19,712 nt of DNA from a virus. This document shows, piece after piece, positions 1-10,043 of the stretch. A program made the translations under genes and the position numbers. Below the pieces are notes generated by a model. That model made no database searches, had not been told where the DNA came from, and was given only the letters and a program-made list of their open reading frames with translations. The stretch lies in UHGV virus genome UHGV-0268470. One strand, written 5' to 3'. Numbering within the stretch: the first letter of the stretch is position 1; the number at the start of each line of letters is the position of its first letter.

Positions 1-603
1 CGTGATATCGGACGTTGGCTGGTCATATTCATCCGCGACAGCCGGACCGCTATAACCGCACTCGTCACCGCGATAGGTCCAGGTGCAGGTGTTGGCCAGC
101 ATGATACGTCCCGGAAAAACAGCGCCATCCGTTTCCGTCGGCGTGGACAGTACAAAGGAGGCACTCACCGCGCTCAGTTCGCTGCACTGCTCAATGCGCC
201 AGCGGCTGATCACCTCCTGCTCCGGATCGGCATAACTGTTTCCGTTGACGAAGTTCACCGCATCCAGAAAACGGGCGTAAACCTTACGCCGGACCACCGT
301 TCCGCCGACCAGACTCTGCAGATCTTCCGCCATCCCGGTGACCATACCGTACAGGTTAGAAACCGTCAGCGTGGGGCGCGTACTGGTGCCTTTGCCATTC
401 AGTTCAAAACCGCTCCCCTGAATGGGATACGGCTGATACTGTCGCCCCTGCCAGGTGACCGGCTCACCTTTTTCGTTCTGCTCATTACAGAAAAAATAAC
501 GTTCTCCACCGACCTCTGTCAGGTCGATTTCCCAGAGCACCACGCTGGCCGACTGCTCCGCACGGGTGCATTCATTCAGTGTTTCCTGCCGGATATCCTG
601 CAT
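1..603 (-). CDS. L: Minor tail protein L, N-terminal ~200 aa; the 3' end runs off the window start
   Basis: Minus-strand ATG at 603..601 translates MQDIRQETLNE..., matching the recalled N-terminus of lambda gpL. Its ATG overlaps the stop of M (ATGA). Frame stays open to position 1. Confidence 0.8.
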   Translation of the reverse strand, partial: MQDIRQETLNECTRAEQSASVVLWEIDLTEVGGERYFFCNEQNEKGEPVTWQGRQYQPYPIQGSGFELNGKGTSTRPTLTVSNLYGMVTGMAEDLQSLVGGTVVRRKVYARFLDAVNFVNGNSYADPEQEVISRWRIEQCSELSAVSASFVLSTPTETDGAVFPGRIMLANTCTWTYRGDECGYSGPAVADEYDQPTSDIT

Positions 604-932
604 CAGTTCACCACCTGTTCAAACTCTGCGCTGAACTCAACACGCAGCATACTGACCCGCGACGACCATTTTGCGCAGGTCACCTTTATCTGCTGCCACT
701 CATAAGGCGGCGTCCACAGAAAGGATTTCCAGCCCCCGTGCTCTTCCAGAAACGACTCCAGTACCGTGGCCTCCTCACGGGGGACAGAAAGCGTCACGCT
801 GTACGTTTTCAGGTTGGCATTCAGCCCGGCAGGCGCTCGCTGAGAATAGCCATCACCAAAGCGCACCTTTCTTACAGAAGGGACCGAAGCCACATCCATA
901 CCGGGTTTCACTTTCCAGCGGAAGGTCTTCAT
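603..932 (-). CDS. M: Minor tail protein M (109 aa)
   Basis: ORF-track protein MKTFRWKVKPGMDVASV... matches recalled lambda gpM in sequence and length. Sits between H and L as in lambda. Confidence 0.85.
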   Translation of the reverse strand: MKTFRWKVKPGMDVASVPSVRKVRFGDGYSQRAPAGLNANLKTYSVTLSVPREEATVLESFLEEHGGWKSFLWTPPYEWQQIKVTCAKWSSRVSMLRVEFSAEFEQVVN

Positions 933-3490
933 CGTCCACCTCCGGAGAACAGGCCACCATCACGCATCTGTGTCTGAATTTCATCACGGGCACCCTTGCG
1001 GGCCATGTCATACACCGCCTTCAGAGCAGCCGGACCTATCTGCCCGTTCGTGCCGTCGTTGTTAATCACCACATGGTTATTCTGCTCAAACGTCCCGGAC
1101 GCCTGCGACCGGCTGTCTGCCATGCTGCCCGGTGTACCGACATAACCGCCGGTGGCATAGCCGCGCATCAGCCGGTAAAGATTCCCCACGCCAATCCGGC
1201 TGGTTGCCTCCTTCGTGAAGACAAACTCACCACGGTGAACAATCCCCGCTGGCTCATATTTGCCGCCGGTTCCCGTAAATCCTCCGGTTGCAAAATGGAA
1301 TTTCGCCGCAGCGGCCTGAATGGCTGTACCGCCTGACGCGGATGCGCCGCCACCAACAGCCCCGCCAATGGCGCTGCCGATACTCCCGACAATCCCCACC
1401 ATTGCCTGCTTAAGCAGAATTTCTGTCATCATGGACAGCACGGAACGGGTGAAGCTGCGCCAGTTCTGCTCACTGCCGGTCAGCATCGCCGCCATATTCT
1501 GTGCAATACCATCAAAGGTCTGCGTGGCTGCACTTTTTACCTGCGACATACTGTCCGTGGCGCTCTCTTCCCACTCACTCCAGCCGGACTTCAGGCCTGC
1601 CATCCAGTTCCCGCGAAGCTGGTCTTCAGCCGCCCAGGTCTTTTTCTGCTCTGACATGACGTTATTCAGCGCCAGCGGATTATCGCCATACTGTTCCTTC
1701 AGGCGCTGTTCCGTGGCTTCCCGTTCTGCCTGCCGGTCAGTCAGCCCCCGGCTTTTCGCATCAATGGCGGCCCGTTTTGCCCGTTGCTGCTGTGCGAATT
1801 TATCCGCCTGCTGCGCCAGCGCGTTCAGGCGCTCCTGATACGTAACCTTGTCGCCAAGTGCAGCCAGCTGGCGTTTGTACTCCAGCGTCTCATCTTTATG
1901 CGCCAGCAGGGATTTCTCCTGTACAGACAGCTGGCGACGTTGCGCCGCCTCCTCCAGTACCGCGAACTGACTCTCCGCCTTCCACAAATCCCGGCGCTGC
2001 TGGCTGATTTTCTCATTTGCTCCGGCATGCTTCTCCAGCGTCCGGAGTTCAGCCTGAAGCGTCAGCAGGGCAGCATGAGCACTGTCTTCCTGACGATCGC
2101 CCGCAGACACCTTCACGCCGGACTGCTTCGGCTTTTTCAGTGTCGTTTCATAGTCCTTTTTCGCTGCCGCCATCAGCGTGTTGTAATCTGCCTGCAGGAT
2201 TTTTCCGTCTTTCAGGGCCTTATTCAGTTCTTCCTGACGGGCGGCATATTTCTCCAGCGGCGTCTGCAGCCGTTCGTAAGCCTTCTGCGCCTCTTCGGTA
2301 TATTTCAGCCGTGACGCTTCGGTATCGCTCTGCTGCTGCGCATTTTTGTCCTGTTGACTCTGCTGTTCAGCCTTCTTTCGGGCGGCTTCAAGCGCAAGAC
2401 GGGCCTTTTCACGATCATCCCAGTAACGCGCCCGCGCTTCATCGTTAACAAAATAATCATCCTTGCGCAGATTCCAGATGTCGTCTGCTTTCTTAAACGC
2501 AGCCTCTGCCTTAATCAGCATCTCCTGCGCGGTATCAGGACGACCAATATCCAGCACCGCATCCCACATGGATTTGAATGCCCGCGCAGTCCTGTCTGCC
2601 CAGGTCTCCAGCGTGCCCATGTTCTCTTTCAGGCGGCGGGTCTGGTCATCAAACCCTTTCGTTGCGGCCTCGTTCGCCGCCTGCAATGCCCCGGCTTCAT
2701 CGCCGGAACGCTGCAACTGAGCAACATACGCAATCTGCTCCGCCGTCACGTTATGGAACTGGCGTGCCATCGCCGTCAGCCCCGACGTCGGGTCTGTGGT
2801 CAGCTTCCCGAAGGCTTCAGCGACCTTGTCCACCTCCACGCCGGATGCAGAGGAGAAACGCGCCACACTCTGGCTGATGGACGCAATCTGAGCCTCACCG
2901 CTTACCCCCGCCTTAACCAGTGCGCTGAGTGACTCGCTGGTCTGGTTAAACGTCAGCCCTGCCGCCTGCCCGGCTCTGGACAGGACCAGCATACGATCTG
3001 CCGTCAGACCCGCCTGATTGCCGGAAAGGACCAGCGTTTTGTTGAAATCGGACAGGGTTGAGTTGCCCTGATACCAGGCATACGCCAGCGCACCGGTCGC
3101 CACCGCCAGCGAGGTGGCCCCCACCATCGGCAGGGTGATCGCACCGGCAAGCCCCCTGAACATGGGGATCATCCCGCCGAAGGAGTCCTTCACCTGCCCC
3201 CCCTGTTGCAGCAGGATCAGCCACGGACTTTGCCCGCCTGCAAGCTGCGTGGCCACGTCGGTGAACTGTGCAGGCAGCATACGCATGGCGGCTTTATACT
3301 GCCCGACGGAAATCCCCGCTTTCTGTGCAGCCAGCGCCTGTCGGCTCAGCGACTGTTCAACGACTGCCGCTGTTTTTTTCGCATCACTTTCCGTACCGGA
3401 AAAATGACGCCTGACTCTGGCCATCTGCTCGTCAAATCTGGCCGCATCCAGACTCAAATCAACGACCAGATCGCCTACCGGTTCAGCCAT
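929..3490 (-). CDS. H: Tail tape measure protein H (853 aa)
   Basis: 853-aa ORF starting MAEPVGDLVVDLSLDAARFDEQ, with a long coiled-coil-like Q/A/K/E-rich centre and Gly-rich C-terminal part. Length and N-terminus match lambda gpH. Confidence 0.95.
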   Translation of the reverse strand: MAEPVGDLVVDLSLDAARFDEQMARVRRHFSGTESDAKKTAAVVEQSLSRQALAAQKAGISVGQYKAAMRMLPAQFTDVATQLAGGQSPWLILLQQGGQVKDSFGGMIPMFRGLAGAITLPMVGATSLAVATGALAYAWYQGNSTLSDFNKTLVLSGNQAGLTADRMLVLSRAGQAAGLTFNQTSESLSALVKAGVSGEAQIASISQSVARFSSASGVEVDKVAEAFGKLTTDPTSGLTAMARQFHNVTAEQIAYVAQLQRSGDEAGALQAANEAATKGFDDQTRRLKENMGTLETWADRTARAFKSMWDAVLDIGRPDTAQEMLIKAEAAFKKADDIWNLRKDDYFVNDEARARYWDDREKARLALEAARKKAEQQSQQDKNAQQQSDTEASRLKYTEEAQKAYERLQTPLEKYAARQEELNKALKDGKILQADYNTLMAAAKKDYETTLKKPKQSGVKVSAGDRQEDSAHAALLTLQAELRTLEKHAGANEKISQQRRDLWKAESQFAVLEEAAQRRQLSVQEKSLLAHKDETLEYKRQLAALGDKVTYQERLNALAQQADKFAQQQRAKRAAIDAKSRGLTDRQAEREATEQRLKEQYGDNPLALNNVMSEQKKTWAAEDQLRGNWMAGLKSGWSEWEESATDSMSQVKSAATQTFDGIAQNMAAMLTGSEQNWRSFTRSVLSMMTEILLKQAMVGIVGSIGSAIGGAVGGGASASGGTAIQAAAAKFHFATGGFTGTGGKYEPAGIVHRGEFVFTKEATSRIGVGNLYRLMRGYATGGYVGTPGSMADSRSQASGTFEQNNHVVINNDGTNGQIGPAALKAVYDMARKGARDEIQTQMRDGGLFSGGGR

Positions 3491-4321
3491 ACCGGACTCC
3501 TCCTGCGATCCCTTCTGATACTGTCATCAGCATTACGTCATCCTCCGTCATGTCCGCCACATCCGGGGAAGCGGGGATAACTTCATTCCCGTCCGGGCCA
3601 AAGCGGACACCTCCGGCAAGCCCTGCCGCTTTCTGCATCAGCACATCATCTTCAGGCTCTTCGTCAGCCTCGCGCCGGTTCAGCAGACTGAAATCCAGCG
3701 GATGCATATCCGGATCGCTGAAAAACAGGCTGAGCACGGTGTACGTCAGCCCGGAAAAGTGCATATCCAGCAGAACATCATGAAAATAATGGGTACTGTA
3801 AAAGCGGTGCCAGTCGGCATACTCCGTGGATGACATCCCGGCAAGCATGGCACGCCAGTCGGGTCGCCCCATCTCACGCGCCAGTTTCAGGGCAAAACTC
3901 AGCTCACCGTCGAACACTTTCCCGCAGAAACAGGCTCTGCAGGCCCGGCGTCCTCTGCCTGTTCGGGGGCATTATTCACCACAAACTCATACATACCGGA
4001 CAGCCGGTACACCACGTTTTCAGCATGAGAAATTGCCTCTGTGGGCCAGGTGGTAAGCACTTCCTGCTCAATCTGTTTAACGGCTTCATTCATGGACGGC
4101 ATCTGCGTCTTCTTCGGATGGTTATGCCACAGGGACATCGCCACCAGAAACGCGCCGGTTCTGATGACGTCTTCCACAGTAACCTGCCGGTTGCTGTCGG
4201 ATCCCGCCGGTTCTGCCTGCCGTTTCATCAGGGCAAGATGCTCAATACGCTGCAGGGCTGACAGTTCAGAAAGCGTGACGGTCACGCCGTTATATTCAAA
4301 TGATTCGGTTTTCAGGAACAT
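3483..4321 (-). CDS. T: Tail assembly chaperone G-T fusion made by programmed -1 ribosomal frameshift
   Basis: The -1 frame after the slippery site continues as VFDGELSFALKLAREMGRPDW... (ORF-track 3483..3917), matching lambda gpT. It ends 7 nt before the H start. Confidence 0.8.
3899..4321 (-). CDS. G: Tail assembly chaperone G (140 aa)
   Basis: MFLKTESFEYNGVTVTLSELSALQRIEHLALMKRQAE... ending ...SAGKCSTVS, matching lambda gpG. Lies directly upstream of the T frame. Confidence 0.9.
   Translation of the reverse strand: MFLKTESFEYNGVTVTLSELSALQRIEHLALMKRQAEPAGSDSNRQVTVEDVIRTGAFLVAMSLWHNHPKKTQMPSMNEAVKQIEQEVLTTWPTEAISHAENVVYRLSGMYEFVVNNAPEQAEDAGPAEPVSAGKCSTVS
3917..3923 (-). other. Slippery heptamer G GGA AAG (programmed -1 frameshift site for G-T)
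   Basis: Minus strand reads ...tct gcG GGA AAG tgt tcg... in the G frame. A -1 slip gives GGG AAA GTG TTC GAC = G K V F D, joining G to T. Confidence 0.8.
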
Positions 4322-4336
4322 CGCTGACTCTCCGGA

Positions 4337-5077
4337 TTAACTGGCGGTGACGGTGATTTCTGCAACCGCAGCAAACTCACCATTACCGGATACAACCGGA
4401 ATGTTGACCTTGCCTGCAGCAACGCCGTTCACGGTGATGGTCATACCGCTGACCGACACGGTGGCTTTTGTTTTATCCGCAGACACCGCACGGAAGCTCT
4501 TGTCGGTTGCGCCCTCCGGCTGGAATGCCACGGTCAGCGTAGTGCTCTGCCCTTTCACTACGGAAGCACTGGCGGGTGTCACCGTCATGCCGGTTGTCGC
4601 CGTCACCGTGCTGCGATCTTCTGCCATCGACGGACGTCCCACGTTGGTGACTTTCACCGTGCGGGTGATCACTTCCTTCGCCGTCACCGCCTTACCGATA
4701 CTGCTGACCCAGCCGCGGAACACATCGACCGTGCCGTTCGGGAAGCGGATTTTATAGGCACGGGTATCCCCTTCATTAAACCACGCCAGCAGCGCCTGCT
4801 GCCCCTGCTCTCCGGGCATCCACGCCAGCGTGAAGCTGGTATCTCCGGCAGATTTCTGCCCCTGCCCGGTCGCAGTCCAGTCCGCATCTTCATCATCGAG
4901 ATAGCTGTCGTCATAGGACTCAGCGCTCAGTTCGCCGGGCGTCAGGTCTTTAACTTTAGCCAGACGCGACCAGTCAACGTCTGAAAGCGGGTTCGCATAA
5001 GGGTCACCGTTCCCCTTATAAACCCACAGGGTGGTCCCGGCCCCTTTCACCGGCATTACTGGATTTGGTACAGGCAT
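4337..5077 (-). CDS. V: Major tail tube protein V (246 aa) with C-terminal Ig-like domain
   Basis: Matches lambda gpV from MPVPNP... The ORF-track start at 5107 is a 10-aa over-extension; the ATG at 5077 is preceded by GAGGA. Confidence 0.9.
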   Translation of the reverse strand: MPVPNPVMPVKGAGTTLWVYKGNGDPYANPLSDVDWSRLAKVKDLTPGELSAESYDDSYLDDEDADWTATGQGQKSAGDTSFTLAWMPGEQGQQALLAWFNEGDTRAYKIRFPNGTVDVFRGWVSSIGKAVTAKEVITRTVKVTNVGRPSMAEDRSTVTATTGMTVTPASASVVKGQSTTLTVAFQPEGATDKSFRAVSADKTKATVSVSGMTITVNGVAAGKVNIPVVSGNGEFAAVAEITVTAS

Positions 5078-5084
5078 ATCGTCC

Positions 5085-5480
5085 TCACATTTCATAGGTA
5101 ATGACATAAGTCAGATCGGCTGAACTCCACAGGCCCGCATCATCGTCGCGCCGGTAGTCATAGCCACTGGCCACCATACTGGTGATCAAATCTGACAGTG
5201 CCGGGACATCGCTCATCACCGGATAAATCCGGGACTCCATCCACGAATCCAGCTCTGAATCCGGCACCTGAGCAGGCAGGAAAACTTCAATATGCAGCTC
5301 CGCCTGCCAGGTATCGCTGTCCAGCTCTTCGCCCGTGTATTCAGCGCCGGTGAGATAAACGGCAACTGCCGGAAAATCCTCCTCATCAAAAACAGCGGGG
5401 CGACCATCAAAAAGCGTCGCCCCGGTGTCATGTTTTTCCAGTGCATCCAGTACGGCTGCACGGAGTTCTGTATGTTTCAT
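5085..5480 (-). CDS. U: Tail terminator protein U (131 aa)
   Basis: [22 protein letters not shown]... matches recalled lambda gpU in sequence and length. Confidence 0.9.
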   Translation of the reverse strand: MKHTELRAAVLDALEKHDTGATLFDGRPAVFDEEDFPAVAVYLTGAEYTGEELDSDTWQAELHIEVFLPAQVPDSELDSWMESRIYPVMSDVPALSDLITSMVASGYDYRRDDDAGLWSSADLTYVITYEM

Positions 5481-6055
5481 CGCTTTATTACCATCCTCAG
5501 TTGATGCTGCAGCGCATAGCCCAGCTCTTTCGGAAGACGTTCACGCCGTATCCGCTCAATATTCTGTTTAAACGCCGTGGTCAGCGGCACTGCCATCGGG
5601 ATTTTCACCACATCAATGGGGTAACGGTTTTTCCCGGCCACACGCTGCATGACATGCCATCGGCCATTTTTCAGTTGCTGAATAAACGCGCCGGGAATAC
5701 GACGGTTTCCCACCACAAGCACGCTGTCGCCACCTTTCAGGGATGAACGCTGCCCCTTTTTACGACGCCTGCGTCGGGACAGGACAACCCGCGCGTTACC
5801 CAGCCTGATTACGGGCAAATCCCCCCGGTTAACCTTGATTCTGGCCTGCGGATTTTTGACCGTGGCCCTTTTCAGCCTGGCCCTTTCCTTTACCAGTTTC
5901 CGGCGTACCTTTGTCTCACGGGCAACCTGTGACGCCGACTGCGATATCGCGGATGAAGCAACGCGGTTAATGGCCATTGCGGCGGCACCGGGCACCGCCG
6001 TTCTGCTGATACGGCTGAGGTTTTCAACGGCCTGCTCAAGACCTTTTATGGCCAT
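5477..6055 (-). CDS. Z: Tail completion protein Z (192 aa)
   Basis: MAIKGLEQAVENLSRIS... and RRRRRKKGQRSSLKGG motif match lambda gpZ; overlaps the U start by 4 nt. Confidence 0.9.
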   Translation of the reverse strand: MAIKGLEQAVENLSRISRTAVPGAAAMAINRVASSAISQSASQVARETKVRRKLVKERARLKRATVKNPQARIKVNRGDLPVIRLGNARVVLSRRRRRKKGQRSSLKGGDSVLVVGNRRIPGAFIQQLKNGRWHVMQRVAGKNRYPIDVVKIPMAVPLTTAFKQNIERIRRERLPKELGYALQHQLRMVIKR

Positions 6056-6066
6056 ACATCCCCCCT

Positions 6067-6420
6067 TCAGCGACGACGGTTAACGGCAGGCGGCACGCCA
6101 CGCCCAAGCCAGAGATGACAGCTTCCGCCATCATCCGTCGAAATCCGGTCTATCCAGAAGTTTTCCTCACCGATGGTCAGCGTGTCGCCGCGCCGCAGCT
6201 GCCGCACATCATCAGTCCGGACAAACAGGGACGGGCTGGAGCCTTCAACGCGCACGCCCTGTCCGGCATAGCTGATATTTTCAGGGTCATCAAAAACACC
6301 ACGTATTACTGCGCCGGACTGCTCACCGGATGTCATGGTGGCTGACGTTCCCATGTACCCGCGTATCGTTTCATCGGCGCGGACAATGGCAGCATCGAAC
6401 AGGTTATCGAAATCAGCCAC
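6067..6420 (-). CDS. FII: Head-tail joining protein FII (117 aa)
   Basis: MADFDNLFDAAI...HLWLGRGVPPAVNRRR matches lambda gpFII. Confidence 0.9.
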   Translation of the reverse strand: MADFDNLFDAAIVRADETIRGYMGTSATMTSGEQSGAVIRGVFDDPENISYAGQGVRVEGSSPSLFVRTDDVRQLRRGDTLTIGEENFWIDRISTDDGGSCHLWLGRGVPPAVNRRR

Positions 6421-6431
6421 AGCGCCTCCCG

Positions 6432-6830
6432 TTATTGCATTCTGGCCAGGCCACGTTCTGTCATTTCGGCTGCCACACCGGCAGAGACACGGAACGCCGT
6501 TCCCGGAAGCACAAATGCCACAGGTTCATCCCGCGTGGCGTGAAGTGCATCAGTATGCAGCGTCACCAGTGCCACGACCGTGACCAGTTCAGACGTATCC
6601 AGAATCACGGTATCCGGCTGCGCTGATCCCACCTCATTTTCATGTCCGGTCAGCACATTTTCCCGGCTGAGAGGGGTGTCCTGACCGGCAGTTTCATCCG
6701 TGTCATCAAGCTCCTCTTCCAGCTCTGCCACACGGAGCGCCAGTTCTTCTTTCGTCCCCGTCAGGCTGACATCACGGTTCAGTTGTTCACCCAGCGAGCG
6801 GAGACGGGCAATCAGTTCATCTTTCGTCAT
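6432..6830 (-). CDS. FI: DNA-packaging protein FI (132 aa)
   Basis: MTKDELIARLRSLGEQLNRDVSLTGTKEELALRVAEL... matches lambda gpFI. Real start is the ATG at 6830 preceded by GGAGGAG; the ORF-track start at 6869 is a 13-aa over-extension. Confidence 0.85.
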   Translation of the reverse strand: MTKDELIARLRSLGEQLNRDVSLTGTKEELALRVAELEEELDDTDETAGQDTPLSRENVLTGHENEVGSAQPDTVILDTSELVTVVALVTLHTDALHATRDEPVAFVLPGTAFRVSAGVAAEMTERGLARMQ

Positions 6831-6871
6831 GGACTCCTCCACAGAGAAACAATGGCCCCGAAGGGCCATGA

Positions 6872-7897
6872 TTACGCCAGTTGTACGGACACGAACTCAT
6901 CAGGGTCAGCCAGCAGCATCAGCGGTGCTGACTGAATCATGGTGAACTCACGCGCCGGATCGCCGGTGGTCACCCAGTTTTTCGGGTAACGGGCAGAGGC
7001 GTTAATGCCTTCGAGCTGTGCGTCCGCATCCTGAATGCAGCCATAGGTGCGCAGACCGCGTGCCTGAGTGTTCCCCAGCACCATCGTGTTGTCCGGCAGG
7101 AAGTTCTTTTTGACGCCGTTTTCCACGTACTGTCCGGAATACACGACGATGGCCACATCGCCATACATCCCCTTATAGGACACCGCTTTACCCAGGTCTT
7201 TCACCGCTGTCTCCAGCTCGGAATTAGAACCACGACGGGTATCCAGCTTCTCCTTGACGGCTTTGAAGGAACGGAACAGCGCCCAGCCTTTCGGATCGAA
7301 CACGATGATATTCACCACACCGCTGGCGTTCAGCGCGTAGGCTTCGATATCGTCGGTCGGGTCATACGTGGACTTGTCACGCTTGCTCCACTCCGTGCCG
7401 CCGGACTGCGTGATGTTATTCTCCTCACTGCGGCCCATATCCACCTCAACCGGATCGAAGGCTTCACCGGTCATGGTGTATTTGCCCTTAAGCACGGCAG
7501 AAACTGCCTGCATCTCTTCGACCTGAGCAATGGCCAGCTCTTCGTCACGCATGTTCTGCATGATGATGCGACGGCGGCGGTAAGCCGGGTCCACCAGATT
7601 CTGCGGATCTTCATCCGGCAGGCGACGCAGGGTCATCTGCGGATTCACTTCATGCTTCGGCTTGACATATCCCGGCGTAAATTCAGAGGTGGAGCCGCCA
7701 CGGGAACGGATAACCTCACCGGAAACAATCGGCGAAACGTACAGCGCCATGTTTACCAGTCCCGGAATTTGTGAGAGATAGACTTTCTCCGTGGTGAAGG
7801 GATAGCTCTCACGGAAAAAGAGACGCAGAAACAGCGGATCAAACTTAAATTTCTGCTCATTTGCCGCCAGCAGCTGGGCGGTTGTGTACATCGACAT
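6872..7897 (-). CDS. E: Major capsid protein E (341 aa)
   Basis: MSMYTTAQLLAANEQKFKFDPLFLRLFF... matches lambda gpE. Start is the ATG at 7897; the ORF-track start at 7924 adds 9 residues not seen in gpE. Confidence 0.92.
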   Translation of the reverse strand: MSMYTTAQLLAANEQKFKFDPLFLRLFFRESYPFTTEKVYLSQIPGLVNMALYVSPIVSGEVIRSRGGSTSEFTPGYVKPKHEVNPQMTLRRLPDEDPQNLVDPAYRRRRIIMQNMRDEELAIAQVEEMQAVSAVLKGKYTMTGEAFDPVEVDMGRSEENNITQSGGTEWSKRDKSTYDPTDDIEAYALNASGVVNIIVFDPKGWALFRSFKAVKEKLDTRRGSNSELETAVKDLGKAVSYKGMYGDVAIVVYSGQYVENGVKKNFLPDNTMVLGNTQARGLRTYGCIQDADAQLEGINASARYPKNWVTTGDPAREFTMIQSAPLMLLADPDEFVSVQLA

Positions 7898-7952
7898 AAA
7901 AAAATCCCGTAAAAAAAGCCGCACAGGCGGCCTTTAGTGATGAAGGGTAAAG

Positions 7953-8285
7953 TTAAACGATGCTGATTGCCGTTCCGGCAAACGCGGTCCGTTTTTTCGT
8001 CTCGTCGCTGGCAGCCTCCGGCCAGAGCACATCCTCATAACGGAACGTGCCGGACTTGTAGAACGTCAGCGTGGTGCTGGTCTGGTCAGCAGCAACCGCA
8101 AGAATGCCAACGGCAGCACCGTCGGTGGTGCCATCCCACGCAACCAGCTTACGGCTGGAGGTGTCCAGCATCAGCGGGGTCATTGCAGGCGCTTTCGCAC
8201 TCAATCCGCCGGGCGCGGTTGCGGTATGAGCCGGGTCACTGTTGCCCAGCGGCTGGTAATGGGTAAAGGTTTCTTTGCTCGTCAT
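7953..8285 (-). CDS. D: Head decoration protein D (110 aa)
   Basis: [41 protein letters not shown]... matches lambda gpD; start ATG at 8285. Confidence 0.9.
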   Translation of the reverse strand: MTSKETFTHYQPLGNSDPAHTATAPGGLSAKAPAMTPLMLDTSSRKLVAWDGTTDGAAVGILAVAADQTSTTLTFYKSGTFRYEDVLWPEAASDETKKRTAFAGTAISIV

Positions 8286-8294
8286 AAACATCCC

Positions 8295-8690
8295 TTACAC
8301 TGGTGTGTTCAGCAAATCGTTAACGGCATCAGATGCCAGGTTACCTGCAGCCAGCGGTGCCGGTGCCCCCTGCATCAGACGATCCAGCGCAGTGTCACTG
8401 CGCGCCTGTGCACTCTGTGGTGCAACTGCCAGAATGCGGCGGGCCGTTTCCACGGTCATACCAGGGGTTTCGGCCAGCACGCGTGCCTGTTCTTCGCGTC
8501 CGTGAGCTTCCTCACAGTTGAGGATCCCCATAATGCGACTGTTTTCTGCCGCAACCGCTGCGGTGATCTGCGCGTTCACGTCCGGCTGCGCAGCGCTGGC
8601 GTTCTCGCCCTCCGTCGCTGGCACCACGCCAGTAACGTCAGCCTGCGAAGCAGTGGCTGAAACAGTTGTTGATTGAGTCTCTTTGGTCAT
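8295..8690 (-). CDS. Nu3: Scaffolding protein Nu3 (131 aa), in-frame internal start within C
   Basis: Internal ATG at 8690 preceded by AGGAGGG; translation MTKETQSTTVSATASQADVTG... to the shared stop matches lambda Nu3. Confidence 0.7.
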   Translation of the reverse strand: MTKETQSTTVSATASQADVTGVVPATEGENASAAQPDVNAQITAAVAAENSRIMGILNCEEAHGREEQARVLAETPGMTVETARRILAVAPQSAQARSDTALDRLMQGAPAPLAAGNLASDAVNDLLNTPV

Positions 8691-9614
8691 TCGCCCTCCT
8701 GAGAGACGGGATTTACGTGCATCCAGTGCATCACGCATGACGGTGATCGCATCGGTACTGTTAACAAGTTCATCAGCCAGTCCGGCATCAATGGCCTCCT
8801 GACCGCTGTACACTGCAGCCTCGGTATCCAGCACAGCCTGCACGGACAGGCCGGTATATGCCGACACCTTCTGTGCAAACATCCGGCGGGTTGCATCCAT
8901 CCGGGACTGCAGTGTTTCCCGGACATCATCCGGTAGATGGCTGTAGGGGTTGCCATCCACCTTATGGCTGCCGCTGTAAATCAGCGTGATTTCCACGCCC
9001 TGTTTCTCCAGCGCAGCACCGTAATTACTGTGAGCCATCATGACGCCGATGGAGCCTGTCCGGGCGGTCTGCGTGACCAGACGTCGGGAGGCGGCGCTGG
9101 CAAGCAACTGACCTGCACTGCAGTTCATGTCGTTGGCCAGCGCCCATACCGGCTTTATGTCACGCACACGGGCGATGATGTCAGCGCAGTCAAATGCCCC
9201 TGCCACCATCCCGCCTGGCGTATCCATATCGAGCAGAATGCCGTCCACCATCGGGTCGCTGGCAGCCTGTTGCAGACGGGCGATAATGCCGTTGTAACCG
9301 GTCATCCCCGAATACGGCTGCAGCGCTCGCGTCCGACTGACCAGCGTGCCGGACACCGGCAGCACGGCGATGCCGTTCATGACCTGATAACTGCGGGCCT
9401 GTCGTGGTCCGTCATCATCAACGGATAACGCCAGCGCCGCGGGTGCCTCTCCGGCAGTCAGGCTGTCGCCGGATACCGCATCCGTCAGGCGGCTGATCCC
9501 AAGCTGGCCTGCAAGCGCACAAAAGAAAACCCGCGCATAGGCGGGTTCAAGCATCAGCGGCTCATTAAAGGCCATACTGGCAATATGCGGGAGATTACGC
9601 AGCTCTGCTGTCAC
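8295..9614 (-). CDS. C: Head maturation protease / scaffold C (439 aa), GTG start
   Basis: From the GTG at 9614 (preceded by GGAGGAG) the frame reads (M)TAELRNLPHIASMAFNEPLMLEP..., matching lambda gpC. The start overlaps the 3' end of B by 20 nt as in lambda. The ORF-track extension to 9749 is not credited. Confidence 0.85.
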   Translation of the reverse strand: MTAELRNLPHIASMAFNEPLMLEPAYARVFFCALAGQLGISRLTDAVSGDSLTAGEAPAALALSVDDDGPRQARSYQVMNGIAVLPVSGTLVSRTRALQPYSGMTGYNGIIARLQQAASDPMVDGILLDMDTPGGMVAGAFDCADIIARVRDIKPVWALANDMNCSAGQLLASAASRRLVTQTARTGSIGVMMAHSNYGAALEKQGVEITLIYSGSHKVDGNPYSHLPDDVRETLQSRMDATRRMFAQKVSAYTGLSVQAVLDTEAAVYSGQEAIDAGLADELVNSTDAITVMRDALDARKSRLSGGRMTKETQSTTVSATASQADVTGVVPATEGENASAAQPDVNAQITAAVAAENSRIMGILNCEEAHGREEQARVLAETPGMTVETARRILAVAPQSAQARSDTALDRLMQGAPAPLAAGNLASDAVNDLLNTPV

Positions 9615-9963
9615 TCTTCTCCTCCTCTGTTGATTGTCGCAGCCCGGATTCAAATGCCGCAGCCGCCCAGGCGGGCGGTTTAAGACCGGCTGCACGGCGC
9701 TCCATCGTTTCACGGACCTGCTGGGCAAAAATTTCCTGATAGTCGTCACCGCGTTTTGCGCACTCTTTCTCGTAGGTACTCAGTCCGGCTTCTATCAGCA
9801 TCACCGCTTCCTGTACTTCTTTCAGACCATCGATGGCCATACGACCGGAGCCTATCCAGTCGCAGTTCCCCCAGGCACTTCGGGCTTCCTGAAAACTGAA
9901 GCGCGCTTTTGAAGGTAACGTCACCACGCGGCGAGCGATGGCCTCTTCCAGCCAGCACAGAAA

Positions 9964-10043
9964 CATCTGGCTCGCCTGACGGGATGCGACGAATTTTCGC
10001 CGCCCCATAAAGTACGCCCACGACTCGTTCGCACTGGCCCGTG
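9964..10043. repeat. 80-bp perfect inverted repeat, copy 1 (partner 10423..10502)
   Basis: Reverse complement of 9964..10043 equals 10423..10502 base for base (checked by hand); identity stops on both sides. Confidence 0.9.

Noticed and set aside
1320-3407. Several plus-strand ORFs of 85-190 aa (1320..1838, 1784..2314, 2017..2448, 2354..2932, 3114..3407)
   Set aside because: They lie antisense inside the H tape-measure gene and are low-complexity and Cys/Arg-rich, as expected for shadow ORFs opposite a GC-rich coding strand. No ribosome-binding sites seen.
8295-9749. 484-aa ORF-track extension of gene C
   Set aside because: The extra 45 N-terminal residues overlap B in another frame. A GTG start at 9614 with a strong GGAGGAG site gives the expected 439-aa protein.
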